Part shown: one piece after another, positions 14,775-26,809 of the stretch
Layout of the letters: each line of letters starts with the position of its first letter
How positions within the stretch are numbered: position 1 is the first letter of the stretch
Assembly (NCBI GenBank): GCA_051942205.1
Contig: JAVECO010000059.1
Span: 1-64,000 of the forward strand
Origin: Coniocarpon cinnabarinum
Lineage: Eukaryota
Reading direction: 5' to 3'
DNA length: 64,000 nucleotides
Program-made: the position numbers and the translations under genes
The notes under the pieces: generated by a model
Told to the model about the DNA's origin: nothing
The model's database searches: none
The model's input: the letters and a program-made list of their open reading frames with translations, nothing else

Positions 14775-15132
14775 CGATCGAAAACCTTCTATATGAGGGC
14801 TATGAGTGACGAGGCCGAACACGTGACACGAGTATTAGAAGGCTTTCTGGATCTTCAAGACACTTGAACGAGTAGGAGGCATGCATTTGTGATTGCGCAA
14901 AGACCATTACTATTTATTGATACCCTAGTACAGATACAGCACCCATAGAATTGCCATAAGGATAACTTATAAACCGACTTTTCACCGCTCTTACAACATT
15001 GTTGATGTGACAGACTTTGGATCGTTCCTCATGCATTTGACAGGCCGACGAGGGACATGCAAACCTGATCTTGCCGCATGTGCTGCTCATCTGGGAGCTT
15101 CGCATGTGGCGGTGCCGCCACCACCGCATTTG

Positions 15133-16661
15133 TCATCTTTTCCTCGCCTCCGTCCAACCCTTCTTCCATAGCCAAACGCTACCGTTCACCAAATCGCTGT
15201 TCGGTGGTCCCCATACTCCACCGATCCCAAACGGAGTCATCTGGCAGTTCCACTCCCACCGCTTTCCATGCTCATATGACTTGCTCAGACTGACGTGTCC
15301 ACTGCGCTCGACGAACCCATCGAGCCTAAAGACCCCAATACTGTCCTTGCCTGTCGCGTGGACCACTGTGGCATCATCCTCGGTGGCACCACCCGCGGTA
15401 AAATCGAATTCGATGTCCATCATAGGAGCATCGATCTCAGGAACGCTCGGGTGAACGTTAAGCGAATAGCATCCTACCCATGGTCCGGTTGCGAGAAACT
15501 CGTACGAGGTCATTTCTTCGATCTGGTCCGCGTGCCACTCTTCCCAAGTGCGGACATGGTCGGGCTGGCGGTCGCTAAACGGCAGCGATGGGCGGAGGCG
15601 AGAGCGATTATGATCCATGGGCACATCTAAAGCGAATGGCAGAAGAAATGTGTAATAGTCCGAGCCTAGCCGGTCAGCTCCCAGCATCATATCAAGCGGG
15701 ATAGGTCACGTGGTTACTCACCTATCAATCGCCGCACGCGGTATTCACGAAAAGCATGCCGTAAAAGCGATGAGAAAGCCCCAATGATGATCTGGGCCTC
15801 TGCTTGGGTCATACGGGTAGTTTGACGATGCGCATGTGGGCTCAAAACGTCGGAAGAAGGTATTGCAGACGCCTTTAGGCGGTTTGCAAAGTCTCGACAG
15901 CGGCTGGTGAAAAACGCATTGATTGCGGCCCGTGCATTCGATGCTCCGAGTAAGGGCGCCTCAGGCGTGTCCTGGCTCAGCATGGTTGCGCAGTAGCAGA
16001 ACGCAAGACGGTCTGAAACGGCCGAGTCGACCTCACCACAGCCGTCGTTGATGGCTTTGATAATCTGCATGGCGAGTGCGGGAGCCAGTCCTGAAGCATG
16101 GATACTCGGGTCTAGACGTGGTCAGTGGGCTGCTGGAGCTTGCGATAGTAACGAGACTACCATACGCTTGAGTGTCAACAGGTGAGGCAGGAAACCCATT
16201 GCCTTATCAAAAGCAGCGTTGCTGGCGAAGCCAAACTTGCCTCGCCCGTTCTCGTCTACTTGACAGTTGAGTTCTGCACATAGATGGAACGCTCGTGAGT
16301 CGGCAAGCGCATAGCGGATCCAGGTATCGACATCGAGACCGAAGTGTTGCTGGACGACGTCGTTGAACGCGGCTTTGTCCCACTGACCCAGGCGCCGTTG
16401 ATCTCGGGCAATGACATGGTATCGCTCCAATATCTTGGCATCATAGTTGAGACGTCGAGCGATCCGGATGAGGTTGAGAGAATGGAAGTTCCACAAGATG
16501 TGTTGGGAGCTGATGACATCTCTTAACACCAGGGCGTCGTGCGTGGCGTGGCGAATCGCTCGGCAAGTTTGGCCCAGGCATAGACAAGCGCCGACCTCGA
16601 GGTGGTGGGTGATGTGCCCGAGGACCTCTGTTGGCAGCGCGTCGAGCCTTGGGACTGCCAT
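15133..16661 (-). CDS. F-box domain protein; 2 introns
   Basis: N-terminal LDALPTEVLGHITHHL...LGQTCR is F-box-like. Introns 16165-16112 and 15721-15666 join three track ORFs in frame. C-terminus G.D.IG.F.L.G...W.W...MTPFGIGGVWG...WLWK. Confidence 0.75.
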
Positions 16662-17478
16662 GACTGACCTCTGGTTGAACGAAAGAATCACGAGCAGTGG
16701 CAGAGGCTCTACTGAAGCTGCCTCGGCGCGATCCCATGGTGAAAATTTCGAGTGAGGTAATAGAAACTCTTATAGATCACGCGATGTTGGTGTCGAGTGG
16801 GGGAATCCAACTTGGCACACTGATGGTTCGGTGCAACACCGTGAGCATGCAGCGGGTGGGACAGACAAAGGAGAGCAATATTGTACAAGTAGAGATGAAG
16901 ACGACCGGCCACAGCGAACAGCCGTCGGACGGGTGGCGAGGTGAATGTCACGGAGGTGCATGTCTCGAGGTGCCCCCGGGGCGCGCACAGCGATCTCGGA
17001 CGAGGACCCAACACGCTGAGAACGTGCGGCAGGAGGCGCATGCGGGCAACGAGGCTTCAGACGCAAGATCATTCCGGCGAGAAAGCGGGGATGCTGATGA
17101 GAAAAATGGGGGTAATAAATATTCCAGATGGAGGGATAGCACGCTCGAAGTCGCTCGGCGTTGCCGCAGAGGCGCTGACATAAGCAGGGCTTAGCGCCCG
17201 CCCCGCCAATCACGTGGCCGCGGCGCGCCACCTGGTGACGTCGGAAAGCGGCCGAAAGACGCTCACGCTTTGAGACACGCAAAACCCACCGGCCAGCAGT
17301 CTCACTCTCAGTGCCCTTGTCCAGCCCGGCGTTGTCGCAGTAGGGATTCCCCACGGGGTTGTTGCCGTCTGCATCCGTCCGCGTCGATCCCGCCTACCGC
17401 TTCCATCGGATCTGGCGCACCGCCTGCCCGCAACGGCATCGCAGATTTGCACACAATCCCATTTAGGCCGTCTCCCCC

Positions 17479-18132
17479 ATGGACAACCTGGGTCCCACCG
17501 GGCCTCCGCAGCCTCCCCTGGACCAGTCATACCAGGTGGCGGGCAATCCGGCGCAGAAGGAGCCTGCGGAACAGCTCGCCGCTCATGCAAACGCGAACGC
17601 TCCGTCCTCTGGTGAGCACAGAGTGCCTACTCAGCAGTCTGCGTAGGTCTGGGCCTGTCCGTTCTGTTGCCGCTCATCGAAGCTTACCTTCCCGTACACA
17701 TGCAGAGGCTTTGCTGATGCAACTCCCTCCTCCCTGGGCTATGGCGTCCACGGAGCACCTCCGGGAGAAGAGGCACGAGGCTTGACCGAGGAAGACGTGG
17801 GCAAGCATCAAGAATTCGAAGGCGAGCAGATGCGTGCACCTGGCGAAAAGGATACTTACAATGTAGTTCAACAAAAGCCCGGCGCCTCGGGATCGGCGCC
17901 TGATTTGGCCAGTGACTTGGATCGGTAAGACTCAATTATTCCGTCGCTTTTCCAGGTCGAGGCGCTGACTGACCATCTCCTTTCGTATAGAAAAAAGGCT
18001 GAACAAGCCCCCTTGCGCGAAGCTGTGACACACGAGCGCGAGCGCAAAGTCGATGTCGCCGGCGTGCTGTCAAATCGGGGTGGGCCAGCAAACCCTGTGG
18101 ACAAGAACAATTATCCAAACAGTGGAGTGTGA
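17479..18132 (+). CDS. Small hydrophilic hypothetical protein, 3 exons (not in ORF track)
   Basis: ATG at 17479. Introns 17643-17705 (GTAGGT..CAG) and 17925-17990 (GTAAGA..GCTGAC..TAG). Spliced product: MDNLGPTGPPQPPLDQSYQVAGNP...ATPSSLGYG...EQMRAPGE...DLASDLDRKKAEQAP...GGPANPVDKNNYPNSGV*. Confidence 0.8.
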
Positions 18133-18398
18133 CGCGCCGATCCTGAATTGATCTGCAGGCAGTGGATATCTGGCAGACAGATTCTGCGCGTCAATGCATG
18201 TAATCCATTCTCTGCATATTGAATCTTGCAAGCTGCAGAAGCTTTGCCGAACTTAAGTTTCACGGGCCACCGCCGAAGCGTGACGCGTTTGTGACAAATC
18301 TGGAGCCATTGTTGAATGCCTCTGAGACGTCAAGTGAGACCAGAAACAAGACTCTGGCCGACATGTCCGCAAGAGCCAGCGGTGACAACAGCTCCCTT

Positions 18399-19925
18399 TC
18401 AATCATCGTCGGGATCTTCGCCTAAGCTACGTTTCTTGCTGGCGAATTCTTCTCGCAAGCTTGCTAATCGCTTCTCGAATCGCTGTTTGATGATGGGATT
18501 GCTTGCTTGGGAGAGGTCGTTGGTGGCTTTCTCAATGTCACGCTGCAAGTCCGCTATTTCCTCTCGCTGCTGCGCTTTCAAGCGGGCTTGCTCCTGATCC
18601 GCTTCGTTCCCTTCTTCAATGTCGTCATCATCATCGTCGTCATCCTCTTCTGATTCTGCCTCAATTCCATTTGTGATTGATGCTCCGCTCTCGTCGATTG
18701 TAGCTTGTGCTTGGTGAAGCTCAGGGACTGTGTCCCCAGAAGAGACGGGTGCATGGGGCAACCCACCACCAGCGACATCAGCATCGTCTCCCATCATTTC
18801 CTGAGCGACACGCGCCGCCACGGCCTCAGGATCTTCGTCATCATCCTCTTCAACCTGTTCGTAGACCTCTTCAGCGGGGTAGTCGCCAGGCTGCATTGTT
18901 TCGTCTGGCTCGCCCTCAGCGTCTTCGTCCTCAGCCGCAGACGACAATTCTTGACTCTGTGCTTGATCCAAATCAACCGTCCACGCCTCCACTTGACCTC
19001 CATTGCTACGAACGTTGTCGTCCGTTGCCATAAGCTCTTCAACGCGATCTTCAGCTTGTTCTATAGTAGTGTGACTGACCCGCTTGCGGAAACGACGCTT
19101 TCGCACATGATGCATTGGTGGCGTGAGGCCATGAGGGTACTGTGAAGTCTTCTCATCTACTTCATTAGGCGTGACCACGGTCTCTGCTTCTTTCTCACTC
19201 GGGACTTTGTCGGTCACAAGAAGCATCTGACAAATGTCTGCGCTCTTCCACCATCCACGCTTATCCCAGCTTTTCATACTCTCCACTATGCATGGCAGAT
19301 CGACCAGCACAGCCGCGTAAATATTTCCGCGGATGACAAGTGCTGCACGACGATTTTTGAAGAAGCGGATGTAAACGTCTGCACCTCCTGCGTTCACCGG
19401 TCGACCGACGAGACCCTTGGAGATGGCATCATGGAGATAGTCGCAGTCCGATCCAGGCGCCATTCGCACAATGACGTTTTCTTCCACGGCTGGGTCATCC
19501 TCAGCATCTTCGGCTTCAGAATCGTACCCGACGCCTAGTGGTCTAGATGGCGGCTTGGTCTTCTTGTTGGTGTGTAGTTTGAAGAAAGGTAGGGCGGCGG
19601 AGCCGGGAGTTTTCGGGGTGACCGAATTGGCGGTATTGAGGCCACCAAACTTGATTACGCTTGACTGTCTCTTTTTATGGGCGGTGCCCGTGTTGTGTTC
19701 ATCTTCTTCGCGTTGACGCTTTTTACCACTCGGTTTTCTTGACTTCGCTTGTGCGTTCGAAAAGGATGCTGCAGGAGGAGGAGTAGGTTGACTCGGCGTA
19801 GCGCTGCCAAGGTTGAGCTTCAACGGAGCGCTTGCAGGAAGTGGAGAGGGAGCTCCAGTCGTCGCGAAAGCCTGCCCAGAAGTAGGCTTGCTGGACGATG
19901 TGTTTACTTTGAGGCTCAGCTTCAT
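18399..19925 (-). CDS. TAF7: TFIID subunit Taf7 (TAFII55 N-terminal domain)
   Basis: LVDLPCIVESMKSWD, KSADICQML, PHGLTPPMHHVRKRRFRK; acidic tail and coiled coil ending NPIIKQRF. Confidence 0.93.
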   Translation of the reverse strand: MKLSLKVNTSSSKPTSGQAFATTGAPSPLPASAPLKLNLGSATPSQPTPPPAASFSNAQAKSRKPSGKKRQREEDEHNTGTAHKKRQSSVIKFGGLNTANSVTPKTPGSAALPFFKLHTNKKTKPPSRPLGVGYDSEAEDAEDDPAVEENVIVRMAPGSDCDYLHDAISKGLVGRPVNAGGADVYIRFFKNRRAALVIRGNIYAAVLVDLPCIVESMKSWDKRGWWKSADICQMLLVTDKVPSEKEAETVVTPNEVDEKTSQYPHGLTPPMHHVRKRRFRKRVSHTTIEQAEDRVEELMATDDNVRSNGGQVEAWTVDLDQAQSQELSSAAEDEDAEGEPDETMQPGDYPAEEVYEQVEEDDDEDPEAVAARVAQEMMGDDADVAGGGLPHAPVSSGDTVPELHQAQATIDESGASITNGIEAESEEDDDDDDDDIEEGNEADQEQARLKAQQREEIADLQRDIEKATNDLSQASNPIIKQRFEKRLASLREEFASKKRSLGEDPDDD

Positions 19926-20333
19926 GTCTATGAGACGCTGGTTGGGCTAGCTGAGACCAATATTGGTGGGTAATGTCTTGGAACGAATTGGGATCTTATT
20001 GATTAGTTGAAAGATAAACGCGTGAAGGTATCATAAGCAAACATGAAGTCAATTGCAAAAGCATCCTTGCTCGGAGGTGAAAAGCAGACCTGAAGACGGG
20101 TGATTGTCGTTCGCTTGAAGATGGAAGCGAAAGCGAAGTAAGGTAACCAACAATGCCAAGACTTCACTCTTATGCAGCACTTTTGCACACGTACATCTAC
20201 CTTACTTCATCGCAGGTACCACAGCGCAACAATCGCGAGTTCTGCTAAAGCACGACATGCCTAGTGCGTGCATAGATTGCTTTGTGGCATTGGTAGCTCG
20301 CAGATCACTTTGAGCAAAGTGACAGGACCTAGA

Positions 20334-21080
20334 ATGTCTTCTCAAGCACTCCATTCAACGCTGCTCCGACCTGCCGTCATTCATATCCTCCGCGCAACAG
20401 GCTTCCATGCTACGAAACCCTCCGTAGTCGATGCACTGACCGATTTATGTGTCCGCTATCTCCTTTTGCTCGCTCATCGAACGATCACCTTTGCGCATGA
20501 TCGGACGAGCACAGAATTGGCGGAACTTGAACGAGAGGGACAGATGCCTGGTTCAATGTCTGATGCACTATTTGCGCCGTCGATCGCTGATGTGCGCAGT
20601 GCGCTGACATCCGCCGCCTTTTTTGCCACTGGCCCATCCGCATCAGAGGAGGCGTGGGCTGAAGTCCTACGGCCACCACTGTCTACGTTTCCACCTGGTG
20701 GAAGAGACAAGGAGCGTCACCGTCGAGACCAAGCTGATACGCATGACGTTCGAGAATTCGTGGATTGGGCCACTGGTCCCGTTGCAAGGGAAATGAGACG
20801 CGTCGCTGGTCTTTTCCCTGATGATGCCGCCAACAAGAATATAAATACCAACCCTCTTGTCCCAGTATCCTCTGTCGAATCCCCAATGTCCAAAGATGAC
20901 TACTTGGACAGTCTGAAGAAGAAGCACGGGAAGTCGGGTGACAGCACACGGTACCAGGGTACGGTGCTGGGCAAAATTGCGGACGATGCGAAAGTGGTTA
21001 AGATCGAAGGTGGTCCAGCTAGCCTTTTTGAATGGCGGACCGCTCTCAAGAGAAAACGGATGATCAATGAGGATACGTAG
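20334..21080 (+). CDS. Bromodomain-associated (Bromo_TP) histone-fold protein, Taf3-like TFIID subunit
   Basis: LLRPAVIHILRATGFHATKPSVVDALTDL...YLLLLA histone-fold pattern. No recognisable Taf8 C-terminal proline motif. Confidence 0.7.
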   Translation: MSSQALHSTLLRPAVIHILRATGFHATKPSVVDALTDLCVRYLLLLAHRTITFAHDRTSTELAELEREGQMPGSMSDALFAPSIADVRSALTSAAFFATGPSASEEAWAEVLRPPLSTFPPGGRDKERHRRDQADTHDVREFVDWATGPVAREMRRVAGLFPDDAANKNINTNPLVPVSSVESPMSKDDYLDSLKKKHGKSGDSTRYQGTVLGKIADDAKVVKIEGGPASLFEWRTALKRKRMINEDT

Positions 21081-21408
21081 ACGTGACCAAGTATTCCTGA
21101 CAGGCACGTGTCAAACGCTCAAGCTATCAAGTAAGCGAAATACGTTATGGAAGCGAACTGATCAAGACTATGTGCCGGACCCTTCAAGTATTCAGCTTTG
21201 CTTTCTGAGCATGATTTTGTTTTGGCTCACAGCTCAGCTGAAGAGGTGCGTATGATGGGTCTGAATGACGAATTTGACGATAACTTGATGCTCCCTACTG
21301 CTCCGACGGTGGCACTGATGACAAACGCTTGTTGAAACTGCTTATGTCAACGTTTCTCAAGGATGGCATCTGGCGATTTGATATGTCAAGGCAGAGGTAG
21401 CCTCTTCC

Positions 21409-22362
21409 TCAGTCCGCTTTGACGCCCCACATCTGACCCTGAGATAGTCTGTTCCGCAGCTTCTCCAATTTCTGATTCTTGATCACCCAGCGCTCCTCTA
21501 ACCATTTCGCCAACTCCGCATCGGATTCAGGCAACTCGTCAATCAGGTGCCTTTCAACGTCGACGTGGAATCTCCAGGCATTGCTTAGCCGCGGTAAAAA
21601 GAACGTCTGGAGCATCGTTGGGGCCTGCATGAAGTGAGTGCCCCTGGCGTAGGCGACAGTCACGTCGTAGACAGCCTTTACATGAGGCGTGCTCCTCAAA
21701 TGGTTCACGGTGGCAACAAATCCCTTGGTCCGTGGATGTAAGGTGTAGCTGGGGATCGACTTAGCGTGCGCTTTGCACCACCCAACCGCCTGCTCATGCT
21801 TTTGAGGCGTGAAGCGGGTGGCCTCGCTGTACGAGATGAGCCAGACAGGCCAGTGCTTTTGGACAATACCACCAAAGACTCGGTCCATCTCTTGGCGGTC
21901 ATGGACCCAGTCGCGGCTGATCAGAGGCATGCCCATGGCCCAGAGACCCCAGCCAAGGAATGGGACCCATTTGAGTTGCTGCTTGGCGAACCACCGAGAG
22001 TAAGGCAGCATGCGAGAGCGAATGGCCAGTTCCTGAATCATGTAAAAATCGGTCCAGGAAGCATGGTTGGAAATGACGATGGCGCTCTCATGCAGGGGCA
22101 AGGCTGTCCCGGACACGGTGATATGGGCGCCGTTGCAACGGGTGAAGATGAACTGAACTGCTCGCCAGACCGATGCTGCCACGTAAGAGGAGGAGTAGTA
22201 GACGAGATTCGGGAACAGGGCTGAGAGCGGCAAGAAGGCGGACAGGATGAGGTCGGCGACGGCGACCTGCAGCAGCCAGGGCGCGACGAGAGAGGAGCCT
22301 CGCACGGCGCGATAGCAACGGGTGAAGAAGGTGGTGGTGGTGATGGTGCTGGAGGAGGCCAT
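21409..22362 (-). CDS. Lysophospholipid / 1-acylglycerol-3-phosphate acyltransferase (PlsC family)
   Basis: NHASWTD (HX4D), FAKQQLKWVPFLGWG, SEATR, PRTKGF, VYDVTVAY motifs; intronless ORF. Confidence 0.9.
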   Translation of the reverse strand: MASSSTITTTTFFTRCYRAVRGSSLVAPWLLQVAVADLILSAFLPLSALFPNLVYYSSSYVAASVWRAVQFIFTRCNGAHITVSGTALPLHESAIVISNHASWTDFYMIQELAIRSRMLPYSRWFAKQQLKWVPFLGWGLWAMGMPLISRDWVHDRQEMDRVFGGIVQKHWPVWLISYSEATRFTPQKHEQAVGWCKAHAKSIPSYTLHPRTKGFVATVNHLRSTPHVKAVYDVTVAYARGTHFMQAPTMLQTFFLPRLSNAWRFHVDVERHLIDELPESDAELAKWLEERWVIKNQKLEKLRNRLSQGQMWGVKAD

Positions 22363-22875
22363 GGGCCCACCAGGCCTGCAAGCAGATGAACTCTATGTGA
22401 TATGACACACAGTATCACCCGGTGCGAGCCGCGTACGCGTGAAACTAGCAAAGGGGATGGTTGTTGGTGGAGGGTCAGTGAGTGAGTGCCTACAGCAGAT
22501 GCACGCCGTGCGCCAGCGTTACCCAGCTGGGCGTCGTGGGCGTGGAAGACGTAGTGCCCGAGCGAGAGGAGTGGAGCGAGCTTGATGATGCAGCAGGCGC
22601 CGTGCAGACGTCAGGAAAGACGCGTACCGGGTACGGAGTACTTGAAGCCTGGGATCTGGTGTCCACGGTGCGGGCGTGCTGGCGTGCTGGCGGCTTGAGT
22701 TGATTCCTTTGCTGGTGCCTGGTGGCGCTGGCCCCAAAGTCCCGTACACGAAGTCCAGCCATCCATCGCAGTCCACTTTGTCGTCCTCGCAGCAGCCCCA
22801 ACGGCAACGGCGCCGGCGCCGGCGCCAGACGCGAAAGAGGCCGCGCTGTGCCCTATACGGAGTCTGGCTCTCCCA

Positions 22876-22905
22876 TAGGTAGGTACCTAGGTAGGTAGGT
22901 ACCTA
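22876..22905. repeat. TAGG/CCTA quasi-palindromic microsatellite in divergent intergenic region
   Basis: taggtaggtacctaggtaggtaggtaccta seen directly. Confidence 0.7.
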
Positions 22906-23987
22906 ACTCATCACTCCCGTCATCCATTCGCCATCTGCACACGGCGCATGCACCTGCATATACCGATACGAGCACGCGCTAGCCGCCATCGTCAACTGCC
23001 CCATTCGGTCACCCTGCGCGCCCTCCTCGCCCTGACTCTCTCTCCTCTCGTCTGCCTTCACCCGTCTGCACGCCCTCTCTCTCAAGCTTTCGTCCTCTCA
23101 AAACGGTCCGCTGTCTGCCTGCGCGCTGCTGTCAAAAGCTTACCGACCTCCCCGGCATTGACCCTCCTGCCCTGGATCCGGCGACTGTGCGCCTACAAAG
23201 CAGCCCGTCCGACCGCCGTCACGTCTCCCTACCTTGTCTGTCCCCTCCCTTCTTGGCGCTCCGCTGGTCGCAGGCCGGGCCGACCCATTGGCACGATTGG
23301 GACGTCGACGCAGGCCGGAGATCTTCTCCCTCTTTGCACCGCGCCTGTAACACGTTTCAGAGCGCTCGGGCAGAAAAGCTGTCGCGGTCACGCTCGCTTC
23401 ACTCCCTCTCCGACCACCGCCCTCGTCGCCAGCCATCCTTGGAGAACGCAGATGCTCGAGGGTCTTACCCGGCGTTAGCGACCGCGCGTCTTTCGCTGAC
23501 TGGCCGCGCCCAAAGTACGTCCTTGTGATGCAGCTCTCGGCGTGTCCACTCCTTGTCATCTGTCACCTGTCGTAGAGATACTCCGTCCTGTGGCCGCAAA
23601 CCTGCTCCGCAGACCCACCTCGGGCCAGGATAGCTTCTGCGCGTACAAGGGTCTGTCGGGGTCGTGCTGACGAACTCGCCCAGTTTGTGACCAATCTGGG
23701 CCCCCAAGGCCCGTCCATGGCTACCTCTCTGGGCCAGATTTCCACAGCTTTCCCTGGCGAAGAAGCCGATCCGGCTTCTATCAGCAATGGCTACGGTGAG
23801 TTGCGCTAGACTTATTGGACTGACGCCGGAATCTGGTCCTCCAGTACCGAGAGGCACTCACCTGCTGCGTTCTGCACCGTGCTCCCCTCAACATTTTCTG
23901 TACTTGTTTGGGCGGACTCCTTCCTGCCATCTAGCTCAGTGTTGGACGCCTGCACTGTTCGCTTCGCGTCTTCCTCCATGCACTAAT

Positions 23988-25286
23988 ATGAACACAGGAA
24001 GCGCTGAGTCCAACCCGTCGAAGAGTCCTCTGACAAAGTTCAACATTTCTTTTGGCCTGAACAATGACAAGAAGCTCAAAGGTGAGCCCTTGACTAAATA
24101 TTTCACGCAACGTAGCGCGAGATTAATTCCTTCTAGCTGATGGGCAGCCGCCAAAGCGACGTGGACCAAAGCCAGATAGCAAGCCAGCTCTAACACGGCG
24201 ACAGGAGCTAAACCGGCAAGCGCAACGGTACGTTTCTTTGATCCCATCAAATTAGGTCAATTAGTTCGGCGAATGACCCGCGCATATCAGTACTCACCGT
24301 GAGCGAAAGGAGCAATACATCAAGTGTCTTGAACAAGAAGTGCTTCATCTCAAGGACAATTACGCGGCGTGCTCTCGCGAACGTGATGCGTGGGAAGCCG
24401 AAGCACGGCGCTTGAGTGACATCCTCACTGCGCACGGCATACAGGTCCCTCAGGGATCTTTCAGTCCCGCTCCGGGTCACCCTTCCTCGAGTGGGAGTCT
24501 CTCAGGAAGCTATCCCCACAACTCAGCTTCGACGTCACAAACCACCCTACCATCAGCGTCCAACGGTTTCGCCAACACTGTTGTGCCCCCACTTCCCCAT
24601 AGCGTGACCCCTCCTGGCAACATTCCCAAATCGCAGCCGGCGTCGAATGTGGATTACGATCAGACGGGGATTGACTTTGTCCTTACGTATGATCCTCACG
24701 TCCCTTATCCGTCCCCACCGCCACAGTGACGGCGCTTTGTACGTGGAGGCAGACGTCGATGTGGTTTTGCCGTCTTCACAAACTAACTCAGTTTTGTCGA
24801 ACAGACTAGAGAAGCCTTGTATGGACCACATGCAAATGCTTTGCGTTCAGTCACAGCAATCGCCTGATGATGACATCTCTGGCCATGTGTTGATGGCTAC
24901 ATGTCCGACCAAGAACCACCTCATTGAGCGTCCTGATGTTCAGTATGGCAACAAGATGCCCGAGATGAAAGCTTCAGACTTGGTGAAGCTGCTCGACTTG
25001 AGCAACCGACTGCCCTTGGATTCGGAAATCACGCCTATCATGGCTTGGTCATGTATCCTCCGCCATGAGTACGTGCAATATCTGAACAACGAAGACCTCA
25101 TTACTATCAAAGTAGACCTGTTAGACAAGATTCGCTGCTACGGGTAAGCCGCATACCCTTACTTGGAATCCGCGTTGAGGCTAACCTCGTAGATTTGGCG
25201 CCGTGCTCGAAGAGTTTGAAGTTGAGGAGGCCATTCAGAAGGTGCTCTCTAGGAAAACCGAAAACGAGTTTAGCTCTCCGCAATGA
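23988..25286 (+). CDS. bZIP transcription factor; 4 introns
   Basis: Introns 24082-24136, 24228-24290, 24687-24804 and 25144-25192. Basic region KRRGPKPDSKPALTRRQELNRQAQRTHRERKEQYIKCLEQEV. C-terminal domain LEKPCMDH...EITPIMAW...RCYGFGAVLEEFE. Confidence 0.88.
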
Positions 25287-25590
25287 CCTTAGAATGAGGC
25301 TTTCTGATACGAACGTCTTGCGCCAAAAACACCCATCTAAATCAAACGCAGGCGTAATTCAAGCACTATTGGATTTTCCACCACCGATTGGTTTCGTTGT
25401 TGTGAAATGAGCGCAGCACAAGAAATAATCGGGACCGGCCTGTTTTTGTGAGCGTGGACTATTAATGAGGTGCGCTGCAGCACTCTCCCGCGGCCAACAC
25501 ACCAATTCATATCACCCCTGTACATTGCAAGCTAATACAACAAATCTGTCTCTAACCTATGTTCCATCTCCATGCCCAAGTCCTTCACCA

Positions 25591-26224
25591 TTAATGGGAC
25601 TTGGCTTTGCGCCACATCGCCTCTTTGGGAGTGATTCGGTCTTCTCCTAACAAGCCGGCCAAATATCCGCTTCTCACTGTGAAAAGCACGATCACGGCAC
25701 CAAGATTGCCCCACATGGTTGTGTTCCAGGCTCTCCAATTCACCAGGTCATTCCAGCCCATCACGAACCCAGTGACAGCGAAGTGGCCCACATCAGCCAC
25801 CCACAACGCCCAGACATAGGCGTGTACGGTCTTTGGCTCTGTTGTCGAATTCAATACACCGAGTCCGACCACTGTGTTCGATGCATCGTCAATCCCATGC
25901 ACGGGATGATATAGCTCTCTCGTGTGGACGCACTTACTCATGAGCAATAAATACAGGTTTGCGCACTGATAAGCAAGCACACGCTCTGTGGGCAGGACAT
26001 TGAACGTGCCCGAGGAGTCTATCTGTGATGCGAGGAGTCGCGCTGTCGGAAGCTGCGACGGAATGAAAAACTCAGGCGATATTAGCGGTGCAATGCCTCC
26101 AAGCAGGCTGACGGTGTATGAGCATTCGTTGGACTGGGTGACTCTAGGGCAGTGGAGCGTACAGCGAGGAGGGCTCGAGATAGCAGAGGACGATGCGCGG
26201 GACGGTGGGCAACACCTTGCTCAT
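25591..26224 (-). CDS. Small multi-pass membrane protein of unknown function; 2 introns
   Basis: MSKVLPTVPRIVLCYLEP start; introns 26162-26108 and 25937-25872 keep the frame. Several hydrophobic segments with ADVGH and WGNLG motifs. Confidence 0.75.
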
Positions 26225-26809
26225 CCTGGCTGCTGTTACAGAATCGTGTGCCTGTGTTGCGAATTTGTCTCTTCTTCACGGCCTCGGGGAAGCCTAGCTC
26301 TGGTCAAGCCACAGTCCTCGACGTGGGTCTCACGAGGGAACTGCTCGTGGCAAAGCCCAAGCGTCTTGTTCTAAGCAGAGTCCAATGTCTTCATCATCAG
26401 GCAGAATTCAAATTTTGGTGCTCACGGGCGCATGCAAGCCGGGCGCTGCGGAGACGACGTGCGTATGGATTCATTTTCTAGACGTGGGGCGAGACGTCGA
26501 TGACAGTCGGTGGTGCGGGGTCCACGCTAAATACAGCGCAGTGCCTTCTACCTATGTATATCGTCTTCGTATGCCAGGCACTGCTTGTCGTCCACCTTTT
26601 CTACTCCCGCGCTCACTGCTGTCCGTCCCTCGGCTGGAACAACATCGCTCAACTCCGTCTCGAATCGTCGCAAGCACATCCTCACTCCGAGAGCAACCTT
26701 GCGCAGGACCCTCCCGCCACTGCGGCCCCCTCCGCTCCACGCCTATCTTGGTCTTCCTTCTACTCTGCGTATTAAACGCCCTCAAAGCGTGCGCACTTAA
26801 TCCGCGACC

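Noticed and set aside
16697..17470. ORFs of 100-190 aa in the F-box / small-gene intergenic region
   Set aside because: Mutually overlapping GC-rich frames without recognisable features.
22400..23980. Several 70-180 aa ORFs between the acyltransferase and bZIP genes
   Set aside because: Overlapping, R/P/S/A-rich, with no motif or consistent splice model; more likely promoter and long 5' UTR.
25591..26224. ERG28 assignment
   Set aside because: Similar size and hydrophobicity, but I could not see the Erg28 RTFG.W motif.
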